A DNA stretch of 64,000 nt from Paraspadella gotoi (Eukaryota > Animalia > Chaetognatha). Below are positions 17,573 to 32,500 of the stretch, one piece after another. Location of the stretch: the NCBI GenBank assembly GCA_051294375.1, contig CM119268.1, positions 7,274,861 to 7,338,860 on the forward strand, written 5' to 3'. The translations under genes were made by a program, and so were the position numbers. Under the pieces are notes generated by a model. The model was not told the origin of the DNA, ran no database searches, and was given only the letters and a program-made list of their open reading frames with translations. Position 1 is the stretch's first letter; every line of letters starts with the position of its first letter.

Positions 17573-20500
17573 CTATTTAGACCATTGAAGCTCATGTTTT
17601 ATTGAGTCCAGTAATTCATCAGACTCGGATCCAGTTGCTTCGACAGGCTTAAGTGTGTCAGGCTCTGCATTATCCTCTCCGAATACCTTGACAACTGTTG
17701 ATTCTTTTGTGACAATGGACATCTTTTTTAAACTATCGTCTTCTCCCGTTTGATTTGTTTGAAGTATTGCAGAGGTTGAGGTTGCTGAAAGATGCTGTTT
17801 CATAACAGCTGGAAGTGTTGAACAAGGGGAAGGGGTTGTCGAGGGAGGTCCTTCATTGTCGTCCATTGTGAGTTGAACGGAATCAACTTGCAAAGTCGAA
17901 TTAAAATCAATAGCAGATGGATCTGTAGAAAATGATTCATCGACGTCATACGCACTATTATCTCTACATTCGGTGGAAATAGATGTATTTGTTTCCATGA
18001 CTATAATGCCTGAAGAAGTTTCTGTCATTTTGAGTTGTGAATGAGGATCAGAGGATATATCTGGTATCTCAATCTCAGTGGCAGAAAAGGGTGTATCTAC
18101 AAAGTAATACTTAATGGAGACATTAGAGCCATGTAACGAAGGGGACTTTGGTTTTAGAGTTGATTCAGGTGAAGCACCTGCACTGTCAACATCCTCACCC
18201 AAAGATCCCCCAGAGGATCGTATCTTTGGCCATGAAGTTGTGCTTCCATCGCGTTGTCCACGCCGAGATGTTGGCAAAGTTTTTGAACCACTGATTTCTT
18301 CGTGAACATTTTCATCCTCTGAGTTTCCAAGTCTTCGCAATGCTTGGAGCGTTAAATGCGATGGAGTGACTGTGCCATCTGTTTCCACTTGTGTTTCCGA
18401 TGAATCAATATAAGGAAACTGAACATCTACATCGGGAAATGCAGGTAAACTATAGCTTTGCTTTTTCTTATTACTAAGAGAAACTTTTGGTAGTTTCAAT
18501 GATGTCTTTTTAGAAATCGAGCTCTCGTCTTCTTCCTTATCTTCAATATTTTTGTTTTTCCCTTTCTTTCTCAATTGAAAACCTTTGAAAGTGAAACCTT
18601 TTGATTTGGATTTTGAAGGTTCTGTATCAACTTCAATCCTTGTATTAGCTTTTTGCATTTTGGGAGTTACCTGAAGAGCGGGTGTGACAAAATCTATATC
18701 GGGACTTTCCATTATAGCAAAAGTTGTTCGACCTTCTGGACCAATGACTGGGCTTAACTCTTCTGTTGAGTCGTCATCTAATTTAGCATGAAATCTAGGC
18801 ATTTTGAATTTGAGGGTTTTGTCTTCAGGAGCTTCCAAAGATAGATCTACATTCTCCGACCTTGGTGGGAGTGTCTTGCTTTTTGCTGATACAGAGGGAA
18901 AGGCGAGCTTTCCAGGTCTCATGTTTAAACTCCTACTTTTTAGTGTTTTATCTGGAATATCTTCTTGGTCAGTACGAGGTCCTTTCATTCTTAAGAGATA
19001 GGGATCTGGGGTATCTTCACTTTTCCAGCATGTAGAGGGTTTCATTTTAAATTTTTTATCAACCTTCTTTGGTTTTTTTTGCAAGGTTTCTACACTCTCT
19101 GGGTTCAACTCTGTATCTGCTTTCATAGAATCATCTGACTCTTTTTCAAGTTTAGGCGCTTTTATCATAACTGATACATTTTCATCAACCTCTGCATCAC
19201 CTTTTAACCATGATGGACGTTTTAATGATGACTTCTTTTTTGAATCATTTTCGTTCAGTTCATCAGTTTTAGGTTCAGGTCCTTTCAGTTTCAGTAAATA
19301 TGGATCAGGTTCTCCTTGTAACCATTTTGGACCTTTGAACTTTTCTGAGTGCTGTGCTTCCGATTTAGACATTGTAGAAATATCTCCTTTTGGTTTTTCT
19401 ACAGTGAGATCCAACTTAGGTCCCTGTAACTTTAGTAAGTAAGGATCAGGTAGTTCATTGTCTTTAGTTGTAAATTCTTTTCCCACCTCATTTTTGGTTG
19501 AACCTATTTGTAAATCAGTATGGGCCATTTGTTTGGGACCCTTGAGTTTTAGTAAATATGGATCAGGCTTCTGATCTAGTAACCACGATGGTCCCTTAAA
19601 TTTTGGTTTTGTTTCAGTTTTTTCTTCTTTTAAATTAGGCAACCTGTCTCTGATATCATCTTTGAGGTCGACTTCATCTAATGTTACTTCTGGTGAAGCT
19701 GAAGCTGTAACTTCTGGGGACTCAATAATGTTTTCTTTGGGGCCCTTCAGTTTAAGTAAATATGGATCTGGTTTTTCTCCCTGAAAACATTTAGGACCTT
19801 TAAACTTTTTATTTTTATTTTTTTGAATTGGCTCAGTGTTTGCCTTTGCTGAAAAATCTACTTTCATTTCATCATCCATTTGTTCTTCTTTACAACTTAT
19901 TTCAACTTTTGGAGGTGTTGAGTCTGAAGTTGGTAATGATGACTTTGGCTTGGGCCCTTTTAATTTTAAAAGATATGGATCCGGTTTTTCATTGTGTAAA
20001 AATGATAAACCTTCAAATTTCTTTTTCTTTTTGGTCTCTTCACTTTCTACTTTTAGTTCACCTTTCACCTGCATTGTTGGAGATCCTTTAAAGTCTGGTT
20101 TCTTGGGCCCTTGCAGTTTCAACAAATATGGATCCGGTTTTTCACCTTTCAAGAAAATTGGTAATTTTGCTTTTTTCTTAGGCTTTGGTGCAGAAAGATT
20201 TGCATCTGATTTTGGCTCAGATATTTCAATTTCAATATTCTGACATTCTACTGCTAGGTTTTCTTCTGTTTTTGTTTTCATAGTGATATCATTTTCTGGT
20301 TCTTTCATTTCAACTGTAACCGCTTCTGTTTGCTGAATAGATGGCATATTTATATCAAATGCTACTTCTGGCACTTTAACATCTGGAAACTGAAAATCAA
20401 ATTTTCCTTTTTTAGGTTTAGTCTTTATACTGCCATCATCTATTTCTGTTTGAAGTTTTGGCTCAGACAATGAACCATGGAGGTCAATTTCAGCAGAAGT

Positions 20501-23500
20501 ATCTGTTTTTGGACCCTTTAATTTTAGAAGGTAAGGATCGGGTTTTTCTCCTTCTAAACATGAAAGACCTGAAAATTTTGCCTTCTTAGTTTTTTGCTTT
20601 TCTGAAGATAGTGACAGCTCAGCTGGATCTAAAGTTGCACTTTTTTGTTTTAAAGAAATATCAACTTCGGGACTTGATTCTTTAACTTTCATTGTGCTTG
20701 CATCCCCTTCTACCTTAGGTCCCTTCAAATGTAAAAGATATGGATCTGGTGCCTCGCCTTGCAGACATGATGGGCCTTTAAACTTTTTCTTTGGTGTCTC
20801 GATAGTAATATCTAACTGAGGTGACTCAGCAGAAATACTTGCTGGATGCAAATCTGGATTAATCTTTGCAGAAGCTGATTTTACCGATGTATCAATATCT
20901 GCCTCAAGAGTTGAATCTGGGATATTGATGTCCATATCAGTTTTGACTTTTTTACCTTTCAATTTTGGTAATTGGAGTTTTGGCATGTGTAAATCAACTT
21001 CAGCTGTTGGTTTTTCTATGTCAATGCCAAATTCAGTGTCAGCATCAGCTGATGCTTTAATTACATTTGTATTCAGTGAAGTAGCCTTATTGTCAATAAC
21101 AACATTTGTTGATGTCGAATCTAAGCTCATTTCACCTTTCACTTTTGGCAATTGAATATCTGGCATATGAAAATCTATATTTCCTGATGGCTTATCAAAG
21201 TCAAGTTCAGCAGAAGGAGTTGTTCCTGGTAATCTAATATCAATGTCACCTTTTGAACTTTTACTTTTTCCTTTAAATCTGGGTAAATGAACCTTTGGCA
21301 TATGTAAATCAAATTCTGTTTTTGGCTGATCAACATCAATATCAAATTCTGTATCCAAATCTGCTGAAGGTTTTGTGATTTCTAAATTGATGGATGGTTT
21401 ATCTGCAGATATACCAACAGCAGGCTTTTTCAAGTTGATTTCAGGTAATTCTGTTTCAGCTGAGGCATTAACACCTGGCAAATCAATGTCTAGATCCATT
21501 TTCTCATTTTTACCTTTGAGACCAAACTTTGGTAATTTAATGTCTGGCATTTGAAAATCTAAATTTCCAGATGGCTTTTCAACATTTATGTCGACTGAGG
21601 GTGACTTTGCTGAAATATCTAGGTTTGGCCCTTTTATTTTGGAATCAGTGATATCAACATCTATCTTTTTAGGTGATTGTTCAATATCAACATCTATTGA
21701 TGGAGATGTCACATTCATGGAAACGTCACTTTCTGGTTTCTTCATTTTCATTCCTAATTTTGGCATATCAAAACCTAATTCCCCTTTTGGTTTTTCAAGG
21801 TCAATATTAAAAGATGGATTTTTTATATCAAAGTCGAGGTTGGGAGTTTTTGTTGATATATGAGGACCCTCAGCATCAATACTTGGTCCATCAAAAGTTA
21901 ATTCCGGACTGTTACCATCAATGTCAATTTTGGCCTTTTTACCTTTAAATTTAGGCAATTGGAATTTTGGCATATGGAGATCAAATTCAGCTTTGGGCTG
22001 CTTTACATCAATATCATGTTCACCATCAATTCTGACTGAAGGACTCTCAAGATCAATGTCTAATGATGGTGCCTGAGCAGAAATATCTGATTTTGGTAAA
22101 TCAATATCGGTTTTGACTTTAGGTGTTTTACTTTTAAAATCGATTTTGGGTAATGATAATTTTGGCATATGTATATCTAAACTTGCCGATTTTTTTGCAT
22201 CGATATCCATATTTGGCTTTTTCAAATCAAGTTCAGGTACATCTGCTTTGGCTGAAATATCAAAATCTATTTCATTCTTAGGTAATTCAACCTCAAGATT
22301 TCCCTTGGGCTTTGAACCTTTAAAATTAAATTTTGGCATGTGAAAATCTAAGGTACTAGATGGCTTTTCTATGTCAATATCAACTGATGGAATGTCAATA
22401 TTTTTACCTTCTACATTTGCATCCGGTGCTTTAATTTCAAGATCTGCTTCAGGTTTACCTTTCAGCTTTAATGTGGGAAATTTAATTTTTGGCTTTAGTA
22501 AATTTACATCAGCATTGGGTTTTTCAATATCCAAATTAATATTAGGACCTTTTGCTGATAGATCTATACTTGGTGTATCTCTTGTTTGTTTTTCCGTTTC
22601 TAATTTTCCCTTTAATCCAAAGTTAGGAAATTTAAGATCAATCTTTTTGCGTGGTTTTTCAATTCCAACATCAATTGATGGTTTATCTTTATGAACATCA
22701 ATATCTCCACTAGGCAACTCTGCTTCAGGAACTTTTATTTCCACACCTCCTTGTAGTTTTTTACCCTTCATTCCAAATTTTGGCAATGTCAATGTTGGTG
22801 TTTGTAAATTTAGCTTTTTTGATGGTTTTTCCAGCTCAACATCAATTGAGGGTGATTCTGCATTCAGGTTAACATCAGGAGTATTTAGTTTTGTTTCTAT
22901 ATTTAGATCACTTTCAGGTTTTTGTACTTGCATTCCAAATTTTGGGAAAGATATATCTGGCATATGAAAATCTAATTTATTTTTAGGTTTTTGGAACTCA
23001 GCATCTATGGAAGGCTTTTTCACCTCAACCTCCAAAGTTGGCACTTCAGTTGAATTTGCTAAATCTATATCAGGCAATTCTCCTTGGATGTTTGCTTCAG
23101 GTTTTTTACCCTGTACACCAAACTTGGGCAATTGAAAATCTGGTATATGAAAGCCTAAATTTCCTTTTGGTTTATCTAGTTCAATTCCAACTGAAGGAGA
23201 CTTTGCAGAAAGATTGATATCTGGGCCATCTAATGTCGCGTCTGGAATCTCAACTTTAACATCTGGTTTAGGGATTTTGCTTTTTCCTTTAAACTTGGGT
23301 AAATGCATTTTTGGCATATGTAAATCAAATTCAGCTGTTGGCTGCTCAACATCAATATTAAATTCAGTATCTAAATCAATGTCTGCAGTAGGCTTTTTTA
23401 TATCAACATCTAATTTGGGGGCTTCCAGGTTTAGATCAAGAGATGGGGCTTCTGCTGAAGCATCCACATTGGCTTCTAGTTTTCCTTTTGGTAGCCCAAT

Positions 23501-26500
23501 ATCCCCTTCAACTTTAGGGGTTTTTCCTTTTACATCAAATTTTGGTAGTGAAAATTTTGGAAGGTGTAAATCTGTGGATGGTTTTTTTATTTCTATGTCA
23601 ATTGAGGGTGCTTCTCCAGACATCTCAATTTCAGGCTTTTGCATCTGAATTTTAGGAACCTCAGGAGAGATGTCAACTTTGGGAATATCTATTTCACTTC
23701 TGGGTAGTTCAACTTCAATATCTGGACCTTCTAATTTTCCATCAGGGATGTTCATATCAAGGTTAAATTTTGATTTTTTAGTTTTCCCTTTGAATTTGGG
23801 TAAATGCATTTTTGGCATATGTAAATCAATTTCTGCTTTTGGTTGTTCTATATCAAAGTCAAAATCTTGGCCTATATCAATATCAGCAACAGGCTTTTTA
23901 ATATCAAGATCCAAAGTAGGACCTTCCATATTTAGATCAATTGCTGGGGCTTCTGTTGATATATCAACATTACCATCAATATTTGTTTTTGGTAGATGTA
24001 AATCAGTTTCAGATGTTTTACCTTTTAAATCAAACTTGGGCAAAGAAAATTTTGGCATGTGTAAATCAATTGATGGTGCATCTGCTGAGATATCAATATT
24101 GGGAGATTTTTGGTCAATTTCGGGAAGATCATGTTTAGTTGAAATATCAAAACCAGATACATCTGGTCCTTTCAATGTTACTTCTGGAATTTTAATATCA
24201 ACATCTGCTTTGGGCTTTTTGCTCTTAAATTTGGGCAAATGGAACTTTGGCATATGTAAATCAAATTCAGCTGTTGGCTGCTCAATGTCAATATCAAATT
24301 CTGTTTCCAAGTCAGGTTTTTTAATATCAACTTCCGCTGAAGGAGTTTCTAATCTTGCATTCAGTGATGGTGCGTCTGCTGAAATAGCAATATCTCCTCC
24401 CAAATTTGTTTTTGGTAATTCGATATCAGCTTTTGGTAATTCTAAATCAGCTTTTGGTGTTTTGCCTTTGAAATCAAATTTAGGGAGTGAGAACTTAGGA
24501 AGATGTAAATCGATATCTTTGGATGGTTTGTCTAATTCCACATCAATTGATGGAGCATCTGCAGAAATATCAATTTCAGGCTTTTTGACATCAATTTTTG
24601 GAGCATTTGCATTAGCTGACATCTCAAGATCTGGCGCTTTCACATTGATATCACCTTTTGGCTTCTTTCCTTTAAGATGAAATTTTGGCAAATTAATAGC
24701 TGGCATGTGAAAATCCAGACTACCAGATGGCTTTTCAACATTTACATCTACCTTTGGTGCATTTGCAGAAAGTTCAATTTCAGGCCCTTCTACCTTTACC
24801 TCAGGTGCTTTCATTTCAAGATTAGCCTCTGGTTTTTTACCATCTAAAGTAGGAAATTTAATTTTGGGCATTTCTAAATTAAATTGTGCATTTGGTTTTT
24901 CAATATCTACATCAATATTTGGTCCTTTTGCAGAAAAATCGCCATGGGGTCCTTCAATAGAAGGTTTAGAGATGTCAAGATTTCCTTTAGTTCCTTTGCC
25001 TTTAAAGCCAAATTTTGGAAACTTGAAATCAATTTTTTTAGATGGTTTTTCAGCCTCAATATCTATAGATGGTGTTTTTGTTGATATATCAATTTGAGGT
25101 AATTCAGCTTCTGGAAGGTCAATATCAGCATCAATCTCTGGTTTTTTACTGTTTACACCTATTTTTGGTAAAGTGAAGGATGGCATTTGTATATTAAGTT
25201 TTTTTGATGGCTTTTTAATATCAATATCAACTGTGGGTGATTCTGCACTGAGATTAATACCTGGGGTCTCCAGTTTTTTCTCAGGAATATCGATATCCAA
25301 ATCTGGCTTTTTTAATTTAATATCTGGACCTTCTAGTGCAACATTTGGTATATCAATATCAATGTCAGCTTTTGCTTTTTTATTTTTCCCTTTGAATTTT
25401 GGCAAATGCATTTTTGGCATATGTAGATCAAACTCAGCAGTAGGCTGCTCGATGTCAATGTCAAATTCTGCATCAATATCAGCAGATGGTCTTGTAACAT
25501 CAATATCAAAGGAAGGAGATTCTGCATTCATATCAATGTCTCCCTTTTCTAATTTTATATCTGATTCAGCTTTGGGTGTCTTCCCTTTTAAATGAAACTT
25601 GGGTAGGGAAAATTTTGGCAAGTGTAAATCTAAATCTTTTGAAGGCTTATCAAGTTCCACGTTGATAGATGGAGCATCTGCAGAAATATCTATATCAGGC
25701 TTTTCAAGATTAACATCAGGTAAATCAGATTTAACTGAAAGTTCAACATCTGGTGTACCCAAATCAAGTTCAGGTTTTTCTATATCCAGATTACCTTTTG
25801 GTTTCTTTCCTTTAAAATTAAATTTTGGTAAATTAAAATCAGGCATATGGAAATCTAAATCGCCTGATGGCTTTTCAAAAGATACATCAAGTGATGGTGC
25901 ATTTCCTGAAGTATCAATATCAGGCCCTTCAATCTCGATATCCGGTTTTTTTGTATCAATATCAGCTTCTGGTTTTTTACCCTTCAGTTTAAATGTTGGA
26001 AATTTGACTTTTGGCATTTCCATATTAAATTTAGGGCTTGGTTTTTCAAGATCTACATCTATGTCAGGCCCTTTTACAGAAATATCCCCCTTTGGCAGTT
26101 CTAAAGAAGTTTCAGGTACATCTGCTTCCAAATTCATTTTTGGGCTTTTCCCTTTAAGGCCAAATGTAGGAAATTTTATATCAATTTTTTTAGATTTCTC
26201 TATTTCAACATCAGGTGTTTTTAGTTCTAAATCTGGAACATCAACATCGATTTCAGCTTCTGGTTTTTTAGTTTTCATTCCAAACTTAGGTACTGAAAAA
26301 TGAGGCATATGTATGTCTAGTTCTGCTTTTGGTTTTTGAATATCAACATCAAGTGTCGGTGTTTCAGTTGAAATATCTGGACCTTCGAGATCGATTTTTC
26401 CTGCATTGGTTTTCAATTCTGGTAAACCAAGTTTTGGCAACTTAAAATCTGGCATATGAAAATCTAATGTTCCAGTTGGTTTATCAATTTCAATATTAGC

Positions 26501-29500
26501 AGATGGAGGATCAGCTGATAGAGTAACATCTGGCCCTTCTAATGCTGCTTCTGGAGCTTTGATGTCAATGTCTGTTTCAAGTTTTTTAGATTTTACTTTA
26601 AATTTAGGTAATTGCATTTTGGGCATTTGTAAATCAAATTCAGCGGTTGGCGGTTCTACATCAATATCAAATGCGGCATCTAAGTCAGCCTCAGGTTTCT
26701 TAGCATCCACCTCAAGTGAAGGTACTTCCATTGAAGCATCAATATTTCCACCGGGAATAACAGCTTTCACTTTTTTATTTTTGCCTTTAAATTTAGGTAA
26801 ATGCATTTTTGGCATATGTAAATCAAATTCAGCAGTTGGTTGCTCTACATCAATATCCAATTCAGTATCAAAGTCGAGATCAGCTGTAGGTTTTGTAATA
26901 TCGACATCTAAAGAAGGAGTTTTTAAATTGTTATCAAGTGATGGTGTTTTTAATGATAAATCAATATCTCCTTCTAAGGATGTGTTTGGTAAATCTATAT
27001 CTGTTTCAATCTTTGGTGTTTTTCCTTTTATGTCAAGTTTTGGTAGTGAAAATTTTGGAAGATGTAAATCAAAGTCTTTTGATGGTTTATCTATTTCTAA
27101 GTCAATTGATGGGGCATTTGCATCAAAATCTATATCAGGCTTTTTAAGGCCGATTTCGGTAGTATCTGATGTGATATCAAGATTGGGGGTTTCAATGTGT
27201 CCTTTTGGTAAATCAACATCAAGGTCAATTTTTGATTTTTTATTTTTAAAGTTAAATTTAGGTAAGCTCAGTTCAGGCATATGGAAGTTTAATTTATTAG
27301 ATGGCTTTTCCACATCAATTTGAGCTGATGGTAAATTAGATGAAACATCAATGCTGGGCCCTTCCACCTCAGCATCAGGTAACTTAGCCTCAATATCAGT
27401 TTCAGGAGTTTTAGTTTTCATTTTTAGAGTAGGAAATTTAACTTTAGGCATATCCATATTAAAATCTGCATTTGGTTTTTTAATATCAAAATCAATTTCG
27501 GGTCCTTTGGCTGAAATCTCGCTTTTAGGTGTTTCTAATTTCATGTCAAGATCAGCTTGAGATCCTTTTCCTTTAAACCCAAACCTTGGAAGCTTCATGT
27601 CAATCTTTTTTGTTGGTTTTTCAATTTCAACATCAATTTCTGGCTTGCTGGCTGAAATGTCAATATCTCCACCTTTTACTTCTGCTGCTGGAAGATCAAG
27701 ACTAATATCACCTCGATTTTTACTGCTATCAATTCCAAATTTTGGTAATGATAGGGTAGGCATATGTAAATCTAACTTTTTTGAAGGTTTTTCGATATCA
27801 ATATCAATTGAGGGAGATCCAGTGTGTAACTCAACATCAGGTGCCTTTACTTCTGTTTCAGGTAAGTTGATATCCACATCGGTTTCTGGTTTTTTTATTT
27901 TCATTCCAAACTTTGGTAAAGAAATCTCTGGCATATGTAAGTCCAATTTCCCTTTTGGTTTTTGCACATCAACATCTAATGTTGGTGCTTCTGCAGAAAG
28001 ATCTGGGCCATCCAGATCTGCCTTAATACTAGCATCCGATTTTTTTCCTGAAAATCCAAATTTAGGCAAATGAATATCTGGCAAATGAAAATCTAAATTT
28101 GCAGATGGTTTATTTACATCAATACTAGCAGAGGGAAATTTGGTTTCCAAATCAATATCTGGACCCCCTGCTTTTATTTCTGGAGTTTTTATATCAATCT
28201 CAGCCTTAGGCTTTTTACTCTTACCTTTAAATTTAGGTAAACTTAATTTTGGCATGTGTAAATCAAACTCAGCCGTTGGCTCCTCTATATCAATATCAAA
28301 GTTTGTATCGAAGTCAATATCAGCCGATGGCTTTTTTAAGTCAATATCTATTGAAGGAGTTTCGACATCAAGGGAGGGTTTTTCAACTGAAACATCAATA
28401 CCTCCCTCTATGTCAGGAGCAGGAGTGGAAAAATCGGTTTTAACTTCACCCGTTTTAACTCCCATATCGAATTTAGGTAATGAAAATTTAGGCAGATGGA
28501 GATCAATGTCATTAGATGGCTTTTTTATTTCTACATCAATTGAGGGAGATTGTACAGAGATATCGGGCTTAATGTCTGGAAGATCTGCTTCAGTTGAGAT
28601 ATCGATTTCAGGACTCTCTAGTTTACCTTCGGGTAATTTTACCTCAAGATCACCTTTGGGTTTCTTTCCTTTAAAATTGAATTTTGGTAAAGAAATGTCG
28701 GGCATATGAAAATCTAATTTTCCCGAGGGTTTCTCAACATCTAGTTCAAGTGATGGCGCATTTGCTGATACATCCATTCCTGGGCCTTTAATGTCTGCAT
28801 CAGGAGTGTTCAGATTCAGGTCAGCATCAGCTGTTTTACCTTTCAATTTAAATGTAGGGAATTTTACTTTTGGCATATTTAAATTAAAATCAGCATTAGG
28901 TTTTTCAATATCTAAATCAATTTCTGGTCCTTCCAACGAGATATCAGTCTTTGGTGTTTCTAAATCACCTTCAATAGTACCATTTGGCCCTTTTCCTTTA
29001 AATCCAAACTTAGGAAGGTTCCAATCAATTGTTTTTGATGGTTTTTCAATTTCTAAACCGATTGAAGGCTTGTTAATTGAAACATCCGAATCTACATCAA
29101 TACCAACTTCTGTAGTTTTTATTTCAATGTCAGGACTATCAATTTCAGCTTTTGGTTTTTTCACTTTCATTCCAAACTTGGGCAAAGACATGCCTGGCAA
29201 ATGAAAGTCCAGATTCCCAGATGGTTTTTCAATATCAACCTCAGTTGAAAGTTTAGGGGCTTCCAAATTTACATCAGGTACTTCGGCATTAAGATTAGCA
29301 TCTAATTTAGGTTTTTTGTTTTTTCCTTTAAATTTAGGTAAATGAATTTTTGGCATATGCAAATCAAATTCAGCTGTTGGTTGATCTACATCAATATCAA
29401 AATCTGTACTTAAGTCAAGATCAGCTTTTGGTTTTGTAATATCAACATCCAGTGAAGGGGTTTCAAGATTGGCATCTAAGGATGGGGCTTCTGCAGATAT

Positions 29501-32500
29501 ATTAATATCACCAAGATCAGTTTTTGGTAAATCCAGATCAGCATCAACTTTAGGTGTTTTTCCTTTAAATCCAAATTTAGGTAAAGAGAACTTTGGCATA
29601 TCTATTTCAATATCCTTTGATGGTTTATCAACTTCAATATCGAGGGATGGAGCATCAATATCGGGAAGACTTGCTTTTGCAGAAACATCGACATCAGGAC
29701 CTTGAATTTCTCCCCCATCTATTTTCACATCCATATTTGCCTTGGGTTTCTTGCCTTTGAAATTGAATTTTGGAAAATTAATATCAGGCATATGAAAATC
29801 CAAATTTCCTGATGGTTTTTCAGTATCTATATCAACTGCCGGCCCTTTAGCAGAAATATCAATATCTGGTCCTTCTAAATTTGCTTCAGGTAGTTTACTT
29901 TTCATTTTAAAATTTGGAAACTTAACTTTTGGCATTTCTATATTAAAATCTGCTTCAGGTTTTTGAATATCTAAATCAACTTCTGGCATTTCTAAAGATG
30001 GTTTGGAAGTTTCTGCATCGACATCAATTTTTGGTCCTTTTCCTTTGAATCCAAATTTTGGAAATTTTACATCAAACTTTTTAGATGGTTTCTCTAAGTC
30101 AACATTAATGCTTGGCTTTTCTATTGAAATATCAACCTCATTACTAGGTAAATCTATTTCTGGCTGATCTATTTTGACACTTGCATCAGGCTTTTTACTC
30201 TTTATTCCGAATTTTGGCAAAGTGAGGTTAGGTAAAGTTATCTTTTTAGATGGCTTCTCCAAATCAATATCCAATTTAGGTGCCTCTACATCCAAGTCTA
30301 TGTCGGATTTTTTTGATTTCATTTCGAATTTAGGTAAAGAAATATCTGGCATGTGCAAGTCAAGTGTCCCTTTTGGTTTTTGTACATCAATATCCAATGA
30401 TGGTGACTCAGAATCAATATTCAATTCTGGAGACGTTATTTCAGCATCTGGAATAGCTCCTTTTAAGTCTCCCTCAGGTTTTTTAAGCTTAAGTCCAAAT
30501 TTTGGCAATGATACATCTGGCATGTGTAAATCTATATTTCCTTTTGGTTTCTCAACATCTATATTCAAAGATGGACCTTCCAGATTACCTTTGGGCAGCT
30601 CAGCTTTTATATCAGGACCCTCCAAAGTTGCATCTGGAATATCAACTCAGCTTTTGGCTTTTTAAGCTTTCCTTTAAACTTTGGCAATTGCATCTTAGGC
30701 ATATGTAAATCAAATTCTGCTGTTGGCTTTTCAATATCAATATCAAATTCAGTATCAATATCAACAGATGGTTTTTCAACATCAATGCTCATGGAAGGCG
30801 CTTCAAAGTTTATATCAGTTGATGGTGCTTCTGCTGATATATCCACATCTGGGATATCTCCTTTTAAATCTCCATCGGGTTTTTTAAGCTTTAGTCCCAG
30901 TTTTGGTAATGAGACATCAGGCATGTGTAAATCTATCTTTCCTTTTGGTTTCTCAACATCAATATTCAAAGATGGACCTTCCAGATTACCTTTGGGCAGC
31001 TCAGCTTTTATATCAGGACCCTCCAAAGTTGCATCTGGAATATCAACTTCAGCTTTTGGCTTTTTAAGCTTTCCTTTAAACTTTGGCAATTGCATCTTAG
31101 GCATATGTAAATCAAATTCTGCAGTTGGTTTTTCAATATCAATATCAAAATCTGCGTCAATATCAGCAGATGGTTTTTCAACATCAATACTTAAAGATGG
31201 CATCTCTAGGTTTATATCAGTTGATGGTGCTTCTGCTGATACATCCACATCTGGAATATTTCCTTTTAAATCACCCTCAGGTTTTTTAATATTCAATCCC
31301 AGTTTTGGTAATGTTACATCTGGAATGTGTAAATCTATCTTTCCTTTTGGTTTCTCGACATCTATATTCAAAGATGGACCTTCCAGATCAACTTGGGGCA
31401 GATCCGCTTTTACCTCTGGACCCTCCAAAGTGGCCTCTGGAATATCAACTTTAGCTTTTGGCTTTTTAAGCTTTCCTTTAAACTTTGGCAATTGCATCTT
31501 CGGCATATGTAAATCAAATTCTGCTGTTGGCTTTTCAATATCAATATCAAAATCTGTGTCAATATCAACAGATGGTTTTTCAACATCAATACTTATAGAG
31601 GGCGTTCCAAGGTTTATATCAGGTGATGGTGCTACTGCTGATAGATTCACATCTCCACCTTCTATCTTTGCTTTTGGAAGTTCCATATCAGTGTCAAGTT
31701 TTGCATTTTTACCTTTTAAATCAAATTTCGGTAATGAAAACTTTGGCAGGTGTAAGTCTGTAGATGGTTTTTGTACTTCAACATCAAGAGATGGTACATC
31801 TAAAGATGCATCAATATCTGGAACTTCAGTTTTCTTTCCCTTAAAATTAAAATTTGGAAGGCTAATATCGGGCAGGTGAAAATCTAAATCAGCGCTTGGT
31901 TTGTCAATGTCTATGTTAATGGCGGGAGTATCAACTGATGCAGTCATATTAGGTAATTCTGCACTTATATCGGGGGTTGCAACATCAATATTTGGTTTTT
32001 CTACAGCAACTTCTCCTTCTACTTTCTTTCCTTTAAAATTAAACTTTGGTAAATGTATATCAGGCATATGTAGGTCTAATGTGGAGGGTTTTTCAATATC
32101 AACCCCAACTGAAGGTACATTGGCCTCTCCACTTAGTTCTGGACCATCAAGATTGATCTCGGGCTTTCCGATATCCACTTTTGGTTTTTTAATTTTCTCT
32201 TTTCCAAGTTTCGGCAAATGTATTTTTGGCATGTGCAAATCAAAATCAGCAGTGGGCTTTTCGACATCTATATCCAGCTCTGGTTGAATACCTTCAACTG
32301 ATGGTGTATCAATTGAAACACTGGTATCTAATTCTGGTTTTGTTTGTTTTCCTTTAAACCCAAACTTTGGCAAGGTTATGTCTGGCATGCTAATGTCGGG
32401 GGATCCAGGTTTTGTGACATCTATATCAAGACCTGGTGCCGTAACCTCACCACCAGTTTCTTTTTTGCCGAACTTTGGCAAATTTATTTTTGGCATTTGT

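Noticed and set aside
30607-30660. Programmed frameshift or two separate genes at the 808-aa/4350-aa ORF junction
   Set aside because: One base is missing relative to the neighbouring repeat copy (31041-31060) and I saw no slippery-site/structure signal; an assembly error is most likely, pending reads.
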